The notes beneath the pieces were generated by a model, which ran no database searches, was not told the DNA's origin, and saw nothing but the letters and a program-made list of their open reading frames with translations. This document shows positions 28,076 through 38,223 of a stretch of DNA of 64,000 nucleotides, one piece after another. A program made the position numbers and the translations under genes. This stretch comes from an uncultured Wenzhouxiangella sp. (lineage in GTDB: Bacteria; Pseudomonadota; Gammaproteobacteria; Xanthomonadales; Wenzhouxiangellaceae), in the NCBI GenBank assembly GCA_913057195.1, contig CAJXNL010000006.1, forward strand, positions 70 to 64,069. Direction: 5' to 3'. Numbering within the stretch: the first letter of the stretch is position 1; each line of letters opens with the position of its first letter.

Positions 28076-29263
28076 TCAAAACCACATTTGCCACAAAAGC
28101 TGCCCTTCCAGACTTTGATCAAGCTGATCTGAAACAACGCCAAGAATGTGCCCACCGAAAGCGTACTCAGGGGGTGCATAGGCGGCACCGAAGTGAATTT
28201 GGGCTCGATCGCCCAGGGCTTGGCGAACGCCGACCCGCCAGGCGTGTTTATTCAGTACCGTCCCCAAAGCCTGAGACAAGGCTTGGGATGTGGGGTCAGG
28301 CTGGGCCTGATTTTTGTATTCGATGCTCGCTGTCAATTGCTCGCTCAAAGCGATGTCCACCCCCGCGCTGAGCACCGTCAAATCACGCCAGCTGAACTCT
28401 GGGCTGGTCGAGTCACCCAGCAATCCACTGAACCGGGCGGGCATCGCCCGAGACGGGAACGCGCCGACTTCGGAATAAAAAATGTGTGATGCCCCGAGAA
28501 CCGTGGCCACCCGCTCAGTCAGCTGCCAGCTGAGCGACGCTTCAAACCGTGACGGAATATCCAGCTGGGCTTGGGCCCCATGCACGCCCTGGAGGTTGGC
28601 CAACGCGTTCATGTCAATGTGCGAGCGAAACCCCATCTCAATGGCCACCGCTTCCACGGGCTGAAACTCACCAGCAACGCGCACACCCAAACCGTGCGAT
28701 GTCTCGACGCGCTCGCCATGCCACCACCCCGCATTGGGCTTGCCAGGCAGCGTGCCCCGGTAGGCCATGAGGTTCATGCCAGGGTTGATGAAGCGTTGTG
28801 TGGCCAGCACCGCCGAGACCGTCCATGACGTGCCACGGCTGACCTGCGTCTTGACACCGGGCATCAGCAGCGACTGCTCGATCCGCGTGCGCTGGCTGTC
28901 CACCAATGTCATCGGCCCCATGGCCTCTTGGGTCACTTTCTGACCCATCTGATCAAACCCGGCGAGACGAATCACCCGCTGATTGGAGGGCCACCCAGGT
29001 GTCGTCTCTCTCAACCAATCGCGCGCGAAGGCGGGCGCCAGAAGCTTCGGATTGACCCACTGGATGTCATCTTGGGGTTGGGGCTGGGTGAGACGATCCA
29101 ATCGAGGGGTGATTTCACTGACCAACTGGGCCTTCCAAGGCCCGAGCTTGAATTGGGCCCGGTCTGCGTCTGACGGCATGGCCGCAGCGGTGCCGGCAAC
29201 CCACGCCAGGGCGAGGCCGGTGCTTTTCAGTGCGTTGCGCGACGATGTCAACACCCGATTCAT
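28076..29263 (-). CDS. outer-membrane beta-barrel protein, FadL/TodX (OMPP1)-like
   Basis: Signal peptide after the ATG at 29263 (verified). Alternating beta-strand pattern, EFSWRDLTVLSAGVDIAL...ASIEYKNQAQP resembling the FadL-family C-terminal region, and a terminal aromatic ...WQMWF. Confidence 0.55.
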   Translation of the reverse strand: MNRVLTSSRNALKSTGLALAWVAGTAAAMPSDADRAQFKLGPWKAQLVSEITPRLDRLTQPQPQDDIQWVNPKLLAPAFARDWLRETTPGWPSNQRVIRLAGFDQMGQKVTQEAMGPMTLVDSQRTRIEQSLLMPGVKTQVSRGTSWTVSAVLATQRFINPGMNLMAYRGTLPGKPNAGWWHGERVETSHGLGVRVAGEFQPVEAVAIEMGFRSHIDMNALANLQGVHGAQAQLDIPSRFEASLSWQLTERVATVLGASHIFYSEVGAFPSRAMPARFSGLLGDSTSPEFSWRDLTVLSAGVDIALSEQLTASIEYKNQAQPDPTSQALSQALGTVLNKHAWRVGVRQALGDRAQIHFGAAYAPPEYAFGGHILGVVSDQLDQSLEGQLLWQMWF

Positions 29264-29376
29264 GGCGTTCAGTGTAGCGAGGTTATTGGTAAAAATACAA
29301 CGCCTAAGGGGAAGATTTAACCGAATTTTCATGCGTTGTTGCAAAAAGGCAACAAATCACATCGAATGGGCCGAGC

Positions 29377-30405
29377 TCAGGCAAGTCGCTCGATGATGGC
29401 CTGTGCAAACCCCGCGGTCGTGCCCTGCCCGCCCAAGTCTGGTGTGGTTCGATCGCCGGCGGCAATGGCATCGGCGATCGCACCTCGAAGCTGCTTGGCT
29501 GCCGCGTGGTGATCGAGGTGTTCCAGCATTTGAGCGGTCGCCAACAGCAGCGCGCAAGGATTGGCAATGCCTTGACCCGCGATGTCGGGTGCCGATCCAT
29601 GCACGGCCTCGAACATGGCATGCGATGCGCCAATATTGGCGCCCGGTGCCAACCCTAAGCCACCGACCAGACCAGCACATAAATCAGAGATGATGTCGCC
29701 AAACAGATTGGTCGTTACGATGACATCAAACTGCTCTGGGCGCATCACCAGCTGCATGGCCGTGTTATCCACAATCATGTCCTGACACTCGATGTCAGGA
29801 TAATCTTGAGCCACCTCGTGGGCCACGCGCAAAAACAAGCCCGTGACGTCTTTAAGAATGTTGGCCTTATGGACCACCGTGACTTTCTTGCGCCCACAGC
29901 GCTTGGCCAAGTCAAACGCGTAGCGAACAATGCGCTCACAGCCTGCGCGTGTGGCGATCATTTTGGATTCGGCACGCGACCCATCGGCCGCCGTGCAAGC
30001 ACCCTCTGCCAAGTACGCCCCTTCGGTGTTTTCTCGCACCGTAATCAGGTCAATGCCGTGATACCGCGACCGCGAGCCTTCGAAGCTGATGGCCGGGCGC
30101 ACATTGGCATAAAGGTCAAAATGCGAGCGAAGCGCAACGTTCAGAGATTTAAATCCACCCCCGACCGGTGTGGTCAACGGTGCTTTGAGACACACCTTGT
30201 TGTGATCAATCGACGCCAAGGTCGCCTCCGGTAAGAGGTCACCGGTTTGCTCAATGGCTTCAAGACCCGCCAGCTGGAAGTCGTATGCCAAGCCCAGTTG
30301 ATGCTGATCATTCAGGTGGTTGAGGACGTCAATCGTTGCGTCCATGATCTCCGGGCCGATGCCGTCGCCCCGGATCACGGTAATGGTTTGTGCTGACTGG
30401 CTCAC
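29377..30405 (-). CDS. isocitrate/isopropylmalate dehydrogenase family, likely NAD-dependent isocitrate dehydrogenase (short type)
   Basis: 342 aa with ITVIRGDGIGPEIM, FDLYANVRP, RENTEGAY and NLFGDIISDLCAGLVGGLGLAPGANIG. The length and motifs are closer to IDH3-like or homoisocitrate enzymes than to LeuB. Confidence 0.7.
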   Translation of the reverse strand: MSQSAQTITVIRGDGIGPEIMDATIDVLNHLNDQHQLGLAYDFQLAGLEAIEQTGDLLPEATLASIDHNKVCLKAPLTTPVGGGFKSLNVALRSHFDLYANVRPAISFEGSRSRYHGIDLITVRENTEGAYLAEGACTAADGSRAESKMIATRAGCERIVRYAFDLAKRCGRKKVTVVHKANILKDVTGLFLRVAHEVAQDYPDIECQDMIVDNTAMQLVMRPEQFDVIVTTNLFGDIISDLCAGLVGGLGLAPGANIGASHAMFEAVHGSAPDIAGQGIANPCALLLATAQMLEHLDHHAAAKQLRGAIADAIAAGDRTTPDLGGQGTTAGFAQAIIERLA

Positions 30406-30514
30406 GCTGTGCCTTAAAGGATGCTCTTAGGTAAGCCCCCTATTATACCGAACATTCCCCACAGCCGGGGCCAATGCGTCCGATTGGATGCGCCACCGTC
30501 GGCGCCATGGGGAC

Positions 30515-30775
30515 TCAAGGCTGAAGCAATGCATCGAGCCGGCCGGCCTGATCGAGCGCTTGCAAATCATCAAACCCCCCAACGTGGTGATCACCAATAA
30601 AGATTTGGGGCACGGTGTGGCGCTGGGTTTTGGCGATCATCTCAGCGCGTCGCTCTGGGTGGACATCAATCAAGACCTCGTCCCAGTCAACGCCTTTTGA
30701 TTGCAGCAGCGACCGCGCTGCCACACAAAATGGGCACGCGTTGGTGCCATACATCATGACTTTGTTTTCATTCAT
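30515..30775 (-). CDS. grxC: glutaredoxin 3
   Basis: 86 aa with the CPFC active site, TVPQIFIG and GGFDDL. Confidence 0.92.
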   Translation of the reverse strand: MNENKVMMYGTNACPFCVAARSLLQSKGVDWDEVLIDVHPERRAEMIAKTQRHTVPQIFIGDHHVGGFDDLQALDQAGRLDALLQP

Positions 30776-30903
30776 GGCTTGTCCTTCGAGTTCATTAAGT
30801 ACAGTGCATCGATCATTGCAGTGCTAACCCCCATGTTGGGACCCACCGATCGAGTGGCCTGGTCGCGGCGGGCGGCTTGGGGTGGGCAGAGAAAATCGAA
30901 CCA

Positions 30904-31242
30904 TCAGATGCACCAGTCGGGTTTGGGCACGCCGGCCAGCTGACACGCTTGGCGAATTGGATGCTCGGACAGCAGCCGGTAGAGCGCGGCAGAACCCAAG
31001 CTGGGGTCGTTTCGATGCAGCCGGTAGGCGCTGATCACAGACCGCATTAACGGCGGATTGTCGTAGGCCAACCAGTACTCACGCACCCAACGCAGCAGCC
31101 ACCAGTGATCAGGCGTTAAGGTCAACCCTTGGCGGGCGGCCATCGCCTCAGCAAAGGCGTCATTCCACTGATGGGCATCGGCCAGATGACCATCGTCATC
31201 CAACGGCCATCGATGATCGTCTGTCAGCAACACATCGCTCAT
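30904..31242 (-). CDS. tusE: TusE/DsrC family sulfur-relay protein (two C-terminal cysteines)
   Basis: 112 aa from the ATG at 31242 (verified). The C-terminus ...QACQLAGVPKPDWCI parallels E. coli TusE ...KIAGLPKPVKCI, but has a second Cys 10 residues upstream, as in DsrC. Confidence 0.85.
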   Translation of the reverse strand: MSDVLLTDDHRWPLDDDGHLADAHQWNDAFAEAMAARQGLTLTPDHWWLLRWVREYWLAYDNPPLMRSVISAYRLHRNDPSLGSAALYRLLSEHPIRQACQLAGVPKPDWCI

Positions 31243-31261
31243 CTCCGTGATCCAGCCACCT

Positions 31262-31891
31262 CTACACCACCAACCAGCGCCGTTCATGATACCGATCATC
31301 CTCCGAGGCTTGCGTGATGATCCCGGCCAGCCGATGGTCCGTCAGCTGCGCCCAGCGCTGCCCCGTCTCGCCTGACAATTCTTCTGTTGCAGCGGGGCCA
31401 AAGCCCACCACCACATCAAGCTCCAACACCGCGGCGGCCAAAGCCAACTCCAACAGGCTTTGCCGATCCGCCTGATCAGGCGCGTGCGCCACCATCAGGC
31501 CCCACGCGCCGCCCTCGGTGAGGGCAGGCTCAGCCACACGCGGCCAGTCAGCACTCGACGCGGGCCACTCGCCCCGCCCCCACATTCCAATGTGCTGTGC
31601 GCGAGACAAGTTTGCCCAAAGCTCGACCAAACTGGCCACCGCCAATGGCGGCTCACGGTTCAGGCCCAGGCGCTGCCAGGCGGCCTGACAGACCGTCACG
31701 GTGACAGACGGCATTTGGTCCAGCGCCTGGAGGGTGTTTAATGGCGCCATCGCGCCGGGCGTGACCGCTGGCCCATGCAAAAAGACCTGGACCGGCGCGG
31801 CTTGATTGGCTTTGTTTTGAACCCATCGGGTGACCGGCTCCCACCCCTGACCCTCACCTTGTCTGTGATCGACAGGGTCAACACGAATCAT
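31262..31891 (-). CDS. DsrE/DsrF (TusD/TusC)-like sulfur-relay protein, apparent two-domain fusion
   Basis: The N-domain (MIRVD...VQVFLHGPAV...VTVTVCQAAWQRLGL) parallels TusD, including the ICVAAALRRG Cys region. The C-terminal ~85 aa (WGLMVAHAPDQADRQSLLELALAAAVLELDVVVGFGPAA) parallels the N-terminal half of TusC. Start at the ATG at 31891 (verified) or 31942. Confidence 0.55.
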   Translation of the reverse strand: MIRVDPVDHRQGEGQGWEPVTRWVQNKANQAAPVQVFLHGPAVTPGAMAPLNTLQALDQMPSVTVTVCQAAWQRLGLNREPPLAVASLVELWANLSRAQHIGMWGRGEWPASSADWPRVAEPALTEGGAWGLMVAHAPDQADRQSLLELALAAAVLELDVVVGFGPAATEELSGETGQRWAQLTDHRLAGIITQASEDDRYHERRWLVV

Positions 31892-32166
31892 GGCCACCGA
31901 TTTGGGCTGTGATGGGGCACTGGTGTGTGATGTAATGGTCACATGAATAGCTTACCGTGTCTTCGATGTGGATTGTTCCGAGCATGGGGCATGACACGGC
32001 GGCCATCGCCCGGCACTGGCCGGCGCAGGCCCCGATGGACCCCACTATGAGCAATCGCCAATCCACGCGGAACATGAGCGATACTGATTGGTCTGACAGA
32101 AGGTGAGCCAACACGCGCACATCGACCAAAGACAATGGATAAGGCCCAAGCAATGAGATCAGACCC

Positions 32167-33645
32167 ATGGCGTTAACCACAGCGTGCACCCACCGCATTG
32201 CCCACTGGGCAGTTGGGCTGGTGCTCGCTGTGAGCGCTGGGGCGTCTGCCCAAGACAGCGTGCGCCTGCCCGAGATGGGCTCGACCACCACCCGAGTCCT
32301 GTCCCCCGAGGAAGAGCGGACGTTTGCCACAGACATTGAGCGGTATTTCCGGGCCAATGACATGCTCATTGAAGACCCCTTCATTGTCGACTACATCGAA
32401 GACATGAGCTACCGCTTGGTCTCTTATTCAACTCGGAATCAGTCTGATTTTCATTTCTTTGTGCTCAAAAATCCCACCATCAACGCCTTCGCCGCGCCGG
32501 CCGGCGTCATTGGCCTGCACTCTGGTCTGATCCTGCTTGCACAAAATGAAGCCGAGGTGGCCGGCGTGGTGGCCCATGAGATTGCCCACATCACCCAAGA
32601 CCACCTGGCCCGCGCGATGGAAAATCAACAAAATGTCTCGATGCCCACGATGCTGGCCACCCTCGGGCTGGCGATTGCTTCGGGCATGGCCGGCGGTGGG
32701 GGTGATGCCACCGGCGCCATTTTGATGAGTGGGATGGGGCTGGCCAATCAGTTCCAGATCAACCACACCCGTCAAAGCGAGGCCGAAGCCGACCGCGTCG
32801 GCATCGGCCTGCTCGCCCGGGGCGGTTATGACCCCAACGGGATGACCCGCTTTTTTGAGCGACTCAATGTCCAGTCCAGAAGTCGGGGCGATGGTGTTCC
32901 AGAGTACTTGCGAACACACCCACTCACGATCAATCGGGTGGCGGAGGCGCGCGCGCGTGCAGCCCAATTTGCCCAAGACACGCCCAAAGATGACGCCCTG
33001 TTCCATTACGTTCAAGCGCGTCTTCGAGTGCTGATGAGTCAGCGCCCCGAACAAGCCATCGCGTATTTCCGACTGCGCCTAGAACAACAAGACCGCCCCG
33101 CTTTGCCGATGCATTACGGGCTGTCGCTGGCGGCCATCGAGGCCCGTCAGCTCAACTTGGCCAAAACGCATTTGGATGTCTTGCTGGCGCATCAGCCTGA
33201 CAATCAACTTTATCGCCTGCTTCACGCCGACTTAACCCTGGCCCAAGGTGACGTTGAGCAAAGCCTGGCGATTCTCTCTGAGCTCTACCACCAATATGCC
33301 GGCAGCCAAATGATCACCGTACAATACGCCCAAGCGCTGATGCACGAGCCCACCCAGGAACGCGCCATCGAGGCCGCGGCCGTGTTGAGACGACACCTCC
33401 ACGCACACCCAACAGATCTAAAAATGACAGAGCTTTACGCACAAGCCGCGGCTCAAGCGGGTGATGCCGTGCGCGCTGGTGAGGCGCAAGCCGAAAGCTA
33501 CTACATCCGCGGTGGGCTGGATGAGGCGATTGAACAACTCGAGCGCGTGTTGGACAATGAATCGATGGATTATTATCAGCGCGCGCGAATCAATGCGCGG
33601 ATTGTGCAACTCCGACGAGAGCAGTTCCGACTGGCCCAACGATGA
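32167..33645 (+). CDS. bepA: M48 metalloprotease with TPR domain, BepA (YfgC)-like
   Basis: Signal peptide, zinc motif HEIAHITQDH, and a C-terminal TPR-like helical region. Confidence 0.88.
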   Translation: MALTTACTHRIAHWAVGLVLAVSAGASAQDSVRLPEMGSTTTRVLSPEEERTFATDIERYFRANDMLIEDPFIVDYIEDMSYRLVSYSTRNQSDFHFFVLKNPTINAFAAPAGVIGLHSGLILLAQNEAEVAGVVAHEIAHITQDHLARAMENQQNVSMPTMLATLGLAIASGMAGGGGDATGAILMSGMGLANQFQINHTRQSEAEADRVGIGLLARGGYDPNGMTRFFERLNVQSRSRGDGVPEYLRTHPLTINRVAEARARAAQFAQDTPKDDALFHYVQARLRVLMSQRPEQAIAYFRLRLEQQDRPALPMHYGLSLAAIEARQLNLAKTHLDVLLAHQPDNQLYRLLHADLTLAQGDVEQSLAILSELYHQYAGSQMITVQYAQALMHEPTQERAIEAAAVLRRHLHAHPTDLKMTELYAQAAAQAGDAVRAGEAQAESYYIRGGLDEAIEQLERVLDNESMDYYQRARINARIVQLRREQFRLAQR

Positions 33646-35774
33646 CAGCGAACCCCAGTATCGGTCAGCTGACCGAACCGATCAGCGCCTGGCACGAGGC
33701 CTCGGTCGATGCGCCAGAGCTTTTTTTCAATCGTGAGCTGAGTCTGTTGAGCTTCAATCAGCGGGTGATCGCGCTGGCCCAAGACCCGCGCATCCCACTG
33801 TTGGAGCGACTTCGTTTCTTGTGCATTTCTTGCACCAACCTGGATGAGTTTTTTGAAGTGCGCGTGGCGTCCATCCAACAGCGGATGGCGCATGGGGCCA
33901 ATCAGCCCGGCAGTGATGGCCTCACCCCGGGTCAAACCCTGCAAGCCATTCGAAAGACTGTGGTGGAGATGGTCGATGAGCAATACCGCATCTTGAATGA
34001 AGAGCTCACGCCGGCATTGCGAGATGAGAACATTCGTATCCTGCGTCGATCCACGTGGACCAACCAACAGCGCGATTGGCTACACAGCCACTTTCAAAAC
34101 GAAATCATGCCGGTGCTGAGCCCTCTGGGACTCGACCCGGCGCACCCGTTTCCTCGCATCCTAAACAAGTCGCTGAATTTCGCAGTGGCTTTGGATGGTG
34201 AGGACGCCTTTGGGCGTGACAGCGGCATGGCCTTGGTGCGCGCACCGCGTTCATTGCCCAGAATTATCCGCATTCCATCCAATCACTCCGATGGACCAAA
34301 TGATTTTGTGTTTTTGTCATCGGTGATGCATGCGTTTATCCAAGAGCTGTTTCCCGGGATGCAGGTCGAAGGATGCTATCAGTTTCGCGTCACCCGAAAC
34401 AGTGAGCTGTTCGTCGACGAAGAAGAGGTCGAAGATCTGGCACGCGCTTTGGAAGGGGAACTGATGGGACGCGGATTCGCGCAGGCGGTGCGCCTGGAGG
34501 TGGCCGCCAACTGCCCTCAACCGATTGCCCAATTTCTCGCCACTCAGTTTGGACTGGACGCGTCGGCCATTTATCAGTGTGATGGGCCTGTCAACCTCAA
34601 CCGCTTAAGCGCGGTGTGTGATTTGGCTGATCGGGCCGATCTTTGCTATCCACCCTTCCAGCCGGCCACCCCCAGAGCGCTCATCACCAGCGACAATCTG
34701 TTTGCCGCAATTGACCGTCAAGATTGGGTATTGCATCACCCCTACGACAGCTTCACTCCGGTGGTGGATCTGATGCGCCAAGCGGTCAACGACCCCGCAG
34801 TCTTGGCCATCAAACAAACCCTGTATCGGACGGGTGAAGACTCGGCGTTGGTCAGCCTGTTGATTGAAGCGGCCCGTGCGGGTAAGGATGTCACGGTGAT
34901 TGTCGAGCTTCGCGCACGCTTTGATGAAGAGGCCAACATCGCTTTGGCCACCCGCATGCAAGAGGCCGGCGTTCAGGTGGTGTATGGCGTTGTTGGCCAC
35001 AAGACCCACGCCAAGATGATGCTGATTGTGCGTCGCGAGCGCGGTGAGCTTCGCCGCTATGTGCACTTGGGCACGGGCAATTACCATCAAGGCACCACCA
35101 AAGCCTATACGGACTGGAGTTTATTGACCGCACATCCAGCGCTGGCTGAAGATGTGCATCTGATGTTTCAGCAGCTTTCGGGCTTAGGCCAGGCCAAAGC
35201 GCTGACGCATTTGCTGCAGTCACCATTCAATCTCCACACCGCACTGCTTGCCAAAATCGACCGTGAGATTGACCACGCCCAGCATCACCGCCCCTGTGGC
35301 ATTGACGCCAAAATGAATGGACTGACCGAGCCGGAGATCATCCAGGCGCTCTATCGTGCATCGCGCGCGGGCGTGCCCATTCGGCTGGTGGTGCGGGGCA
35401 TTTGCTGCCTCAAACCCGGCATCGAAGGGCTGTCTGAAAACATTCAGGTGCGCTCTGTGCTCGGTCGGTTTTTGGAGCACAGCCGGGTGTATCATTTTGT
35501 CAACGGCGGCCAAAGCGAGACCATGGCCGCCAGCGCCGATTGGATGGAGCGCAACTTATTTCAGCGGGTGGAGGCGTGCTTCCCACTCCTCAACGCCGAC
35601 GACGCCCACCGCGTCTGGACCGAAAGCATTGACCTGGCATTCCAAGACAACCAAAGTGCCTGGGCGTTGTCACCCGATGGCACCTACGCCCCGGTAACCC
35701 CTGCGACTGGACATGCACCGATTGTCGACATGCAAAAGGCACTGATAGATTGGCCCAGTGATGCCCCAGCGTGA
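33642..35774 (+). CDS. ppk: polyphosphate kinase 1
   Basis: 710 aa with FFNRELSLLSFNQRV, and PLD-like HKD-type regions (...VVGHKTHAKMMLIV...; ...GRFLEHSRVY...). ATGA overlap with the bepA stop (verified). Confidence 0.95.
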   Translation: MTANPSIGQLTEPISAWHEASVDAPELFFNRELSLLSFNQRVIALAQDPRIPLLERLRFLCISCTNLDEFFEVRVASIQQRMAHGANQPGSDGLTPGQTLQAIRKTVVEMVDEQYRILNEELTPALRDENIRILRRSTWTNQQRDWLHSHFQNEIMPVLSPLGLDPAHPFPRILNKSLNFAVALDGEDAFGRDSGMALVRAPRSLPRIIRIPSNHSDGPNDFVFLSSVMHAFIQELFPGMQVEGCYQFRVTRNSELFVDEEEVEDLARALEGELMGRGFAQAVRLEVAANCPQPIAQFLATQFGLDASAIYQCDGPVNLNRLSAVCDLADRADLCYPPFQPATPRALITSDNLFAAIDRQDWVLHHPYDSFTPVVDLMRQAVNDPAVLAIKQTLYRTGEDSALVSLLIEAARAGKDVTVIVELRARFDEEANIALATRMQEAGVQVVYGVVGHKTHAKMMLIVRRERGELRRYVHLGTGNYHQGTTKAYTDWSLLTAHPALAEDVHLMFQQLSGLGQAKALTHLLQSPFNLHTALLAKIDREIDHAQHHRPCGIDAKMNGLTEPEIIQALYRASRAGVPIRLVVRGICCLKPGIEGLSENIQVRSVLGRFLEHSRVYHFVNGGQSETMAASADWMERNLFQRVEACFPLLNADDAHRVWTESIDLAFQDNQSAWALSPDGTYAPVTPATGHAPIVDMQKALIDWPSDAPA

Positions 35775-37275
35775 CCTTTACGCCGCGATTGATTTGGGTT
35801 CTAACAGCTTTCACTTGGTGGTTGCCAGGCATGAACACGGTGAGCTTCGGGTCATTGACCAACTCAAAGACATGGTCAGAATTGCCGGGGGCTTAAATCG
35901 CCAAGGCCAGCTTGACCCATCCACCAGCGAACATGCTCTGGCATCACTGAGCCGCTTTAGAGAGCGGATTCAAGGCATTCCTGCCGACCACATCCGCGCT
36001 GTGGGCACACAAACATTCCGGCGCCTGGCTCAGCGCGACGCCTTTCTAACGGCTGCTGAAAAAGCCCTGGGCGCGCCCATTGAGGTCATCGGCGGTCGTG
36101 AGGAGGCCAGATTGATTTATATCGGTGTGTGCCAAGGCATGGCCAACGAGGGCACCCCAAAGTTGATCATTGATGTGGGGGGTGGATCAACAGAGGTCGT
36201 CGCCGGTCACGGCCACACGCCCAGCGTGTTAGAAAGCTTACCGATGGGTTGTGTGGGCCTGACTCAAAAGTTTTTTAAAGACCATGACATCAGCGCATCC
36301 CGTTGGGCCCGCGGGCGCGACAAAGTCATGGCCGACGCCCAATCACTCGCAGCACAAATTAAGACTTATCCGTGGCAACAGGCCATCGGAGCCTCAGGCA
36401 CTGCCCGAGCGCTGGTTGCAATGGCCGATGCCCTTCACCCCACCATGCCCTCGGGCCTCACCCGCGAGCGCATGTCTGAAATCCGCGAGCGTTTGATTCA
36501 GGCCAAACGGCTTGATGCGATCGATTTGCCAGGTCTGTCTGAGCGGCGGCGACCGGTGATTGCTGGCGGCGCATTGATTATTGATGGGCTGATGGATGCT
36601 TTGAGCATTGACGTGCTGTCGGCATCCCCATTCGCGCTTCGTGAGGGTCTGTTGTATGACTTGGTGGCTCGACTGGCGCCAGACCAAGGCCAAGACAACC
36701 CACGGCAAGGCACCATTGAAGCCATGCTCGACCGGTACCAATGCGACCGTGCTCAAGCCCGTCGGGTCCGCCACTGGGCATTGACCGGCTGGGATGCCAC
36801 AGCAACCGCATGGTCACTGCCAGCGGTCAGCCGCGAACTGCTGGCAGCGACCTGCTCAGTCCATGAGTTGGGTTTGGCCATCGCCCACGAGCACTACCAT
36901 CTCCACTCAGGCTATGTCTTGGCCCACGCTGACATGCCTGGATTCAGTCAAACCGAGCAACAGGTGATGGCCACGCTGGCCCGGGGACAGCGGGCCAAAC
37001 CCCATCCCGGTGGGTTGGATTTGATTCCCGAACGCTTGCACGAGACGACCTTGCACTTGCTCATGCTGATGCGTTTGGCCGTGGCACTCGCTCGTGCACG
37101 CAATGATGACTGGCCCGATCGCATCGAATGGCGCGCCGACACGCGCACACTGCACCTGTCACTGCCTGATGCGTGGCTCAAAGCCCACCCACTGACCCAT
37201 CGGGACCTCCTGGTTGAGGCCGACCAGATTAAGAGGTTGTCACTGACATTAACGATTGAAACCACCACCGCATGA
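35758..37275 (+). CDS. ppx: exopolyphosphatase / guanosine pentaphosphate phosphohydrolase family
   Basis: YAAIDLGSNSFHLVVAR and IDVGGGSTE show the ASKHA fold, followed by a C-terminal HD-like domain. It overlaps ppk by 17 nt. Confidence 0.92.
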   Translation: MMPQRDLYAAIDLGSNSFHLVVARHEHGELRVIDQLKDMVRIAGGLNRQGQLDPSTSEHALASLSRFRERIQGIPADHIRAVGTQTFRRLAQRDAFLTAAEKALGAPIEVIGGREEARLIYIGVCQGMANEGTPKLIIDVGGGSTEVVAGHGHTPSVLESLPMGCVGLTQKFFKDHDISASRWARGRDKVMADAQSLAAQIKTYPWQQAIGASGTARALVAMADALHPTMPSGLTRERMSEIRERLIQAKRLDAIDLPGLSERRRPVIAGGALIIDGLMDALSIDVLSASPFALREGLLYDLVARLAPDQGQDNPRQGTIEAMLDRYQCDRAQARRVRHWALTGWDATATAWSLPAVSRELLAATCSVHELGLAIAHEHYHLHSGYVLAHADMPGFSQTEQQVMATLARGQRAKPHPGGLDLIPERLHETTLHLLMLMRLAVALARARNDDWPDRIEWRADTRTLHLSLPDAWLKAHPLTHRDLLVEADQIKRLSLTLTIETTTA

Positions 37276-38216
37276 ATGTCGATCACCTCAAACAGCGCGC
37301 TGAGATCGTGCAACGTATTCGCTCATTTTTTTTGGCCCGAGATGTCTTGGAAGTCACCACGCCCTGCGTCGTGCCCCACGCGGTCAGCGACGTTCACATT
37401 GAGAGCATCTCGCTCAACACCACGCCGCCGGCTTTCCTTCGCACATCGCCTGAGTCCGCACACAAATGGTTGCTCTCTGAAGGACTCAAAAGTTTTTATG
37501 AGCTGGGTCCGGTGTTTCGAGGCGGGGAACTGGGGCGCCATCATCAGCCCGAATTTACCCTGCTTGAGTGGTACCGCGCCGATTGGTCGTGGCAAGCATT
37601 GGCCGAGGAAGTTCTTGCCCTTGTGAGCACAATTGCATCGGCGCACTCACATGACTGGCCCTCCCGTTGGCAATCTTGGTCAGACGCCTGCATAGACGCC
37701 ATTGGCTGTGAGTTGACGCCCGACGAGGCCACCCATTGGCAACGTTGGGTGCCCGAAGAAATCCGGCACTGGCCACTGGAAGACCAGATCGATCATGTCT
37801 TTGCGCGCCACGTGCAATCGACATGGCCACGCGGCGAGATTCATGTCATCTACGACTATCCCATCCACCAAAAGGCATTGGCGGAGCTGACCGACACCGG
37901 TCGCCATGCCAAGCGATTCGAGGTGTTTGTGGGGCCCGTTGAACTGGCCAATGGTTATCAAGAACTCAGAGATCTGGACGAGCAGCGGCGGCGTTTCAAT
38001 GATGACTTGGTCCATCGCCAACATCGACAACGGCCGTGTCCCGCCCCTGATGCGCGCTTGCTGGGGGCACTGGAGGCGGGGTTGCCGCGCTGCGCCGGCG
38101 TGGCGCTGGGCGTTGACCGACTGGTGATGCTTGCGCTGGGCTTGGATGACATCAACCAAGCGGCTACACTGAGTCAAACGCACGGTCTGTCTCCAAAGCC
38201 ACCTCAAGTCAGTTAA
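37272..38216 (+). CDS. epmA: EF-P--(R)-beta-lysine ligase (GenX/PoxA)
   Basis: Truncated class II LysRS-like protein with VLEVTTPC, HQPEFTLLEWY, RFEVFVGPVELANGYQEL and CAGVALGVDRLVMLALG. ATGA overlap with the ppx stop (verified). Confidence 0.9.
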   Translation: MNVDHLKQRAEIVQRIRSFFLARDVLEVTTPCVVPHAVSDVHIESISLNTTPPAFLRTSPESAHKWLLSEGLKSFYELGPVFRGGELGRHHQPEFTLLEWYRADWSWQALAEEVLALVSTIASAHSHDWPSRWQSWSDACIDAIGCELTPDEATHWQRWVPEEIRHWPLEDQIDHVFARHVQSTWPRGEIHVIYDYPIHQKALAELTDTGRHAKRFEVFVGPVELANGYQELRDLDEQRRRFNDDLVHRQHRQRPCPAPDARLLGALEAGLPRCAGVALGVDRLVMLALGLDDINQAATLSQTHGLSPKPPQVS

Positions 38217-38223
38217 ACAAACA

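Noticed and set aside
31878-32384. A 168-aa minus-strand ORF spanning the dsrE-like/bepA divergent spacer.
   Set aside because: It overlaps the bepA signal-peptide coding region antisense. It has no motif or family resemblance and an implausible composition.
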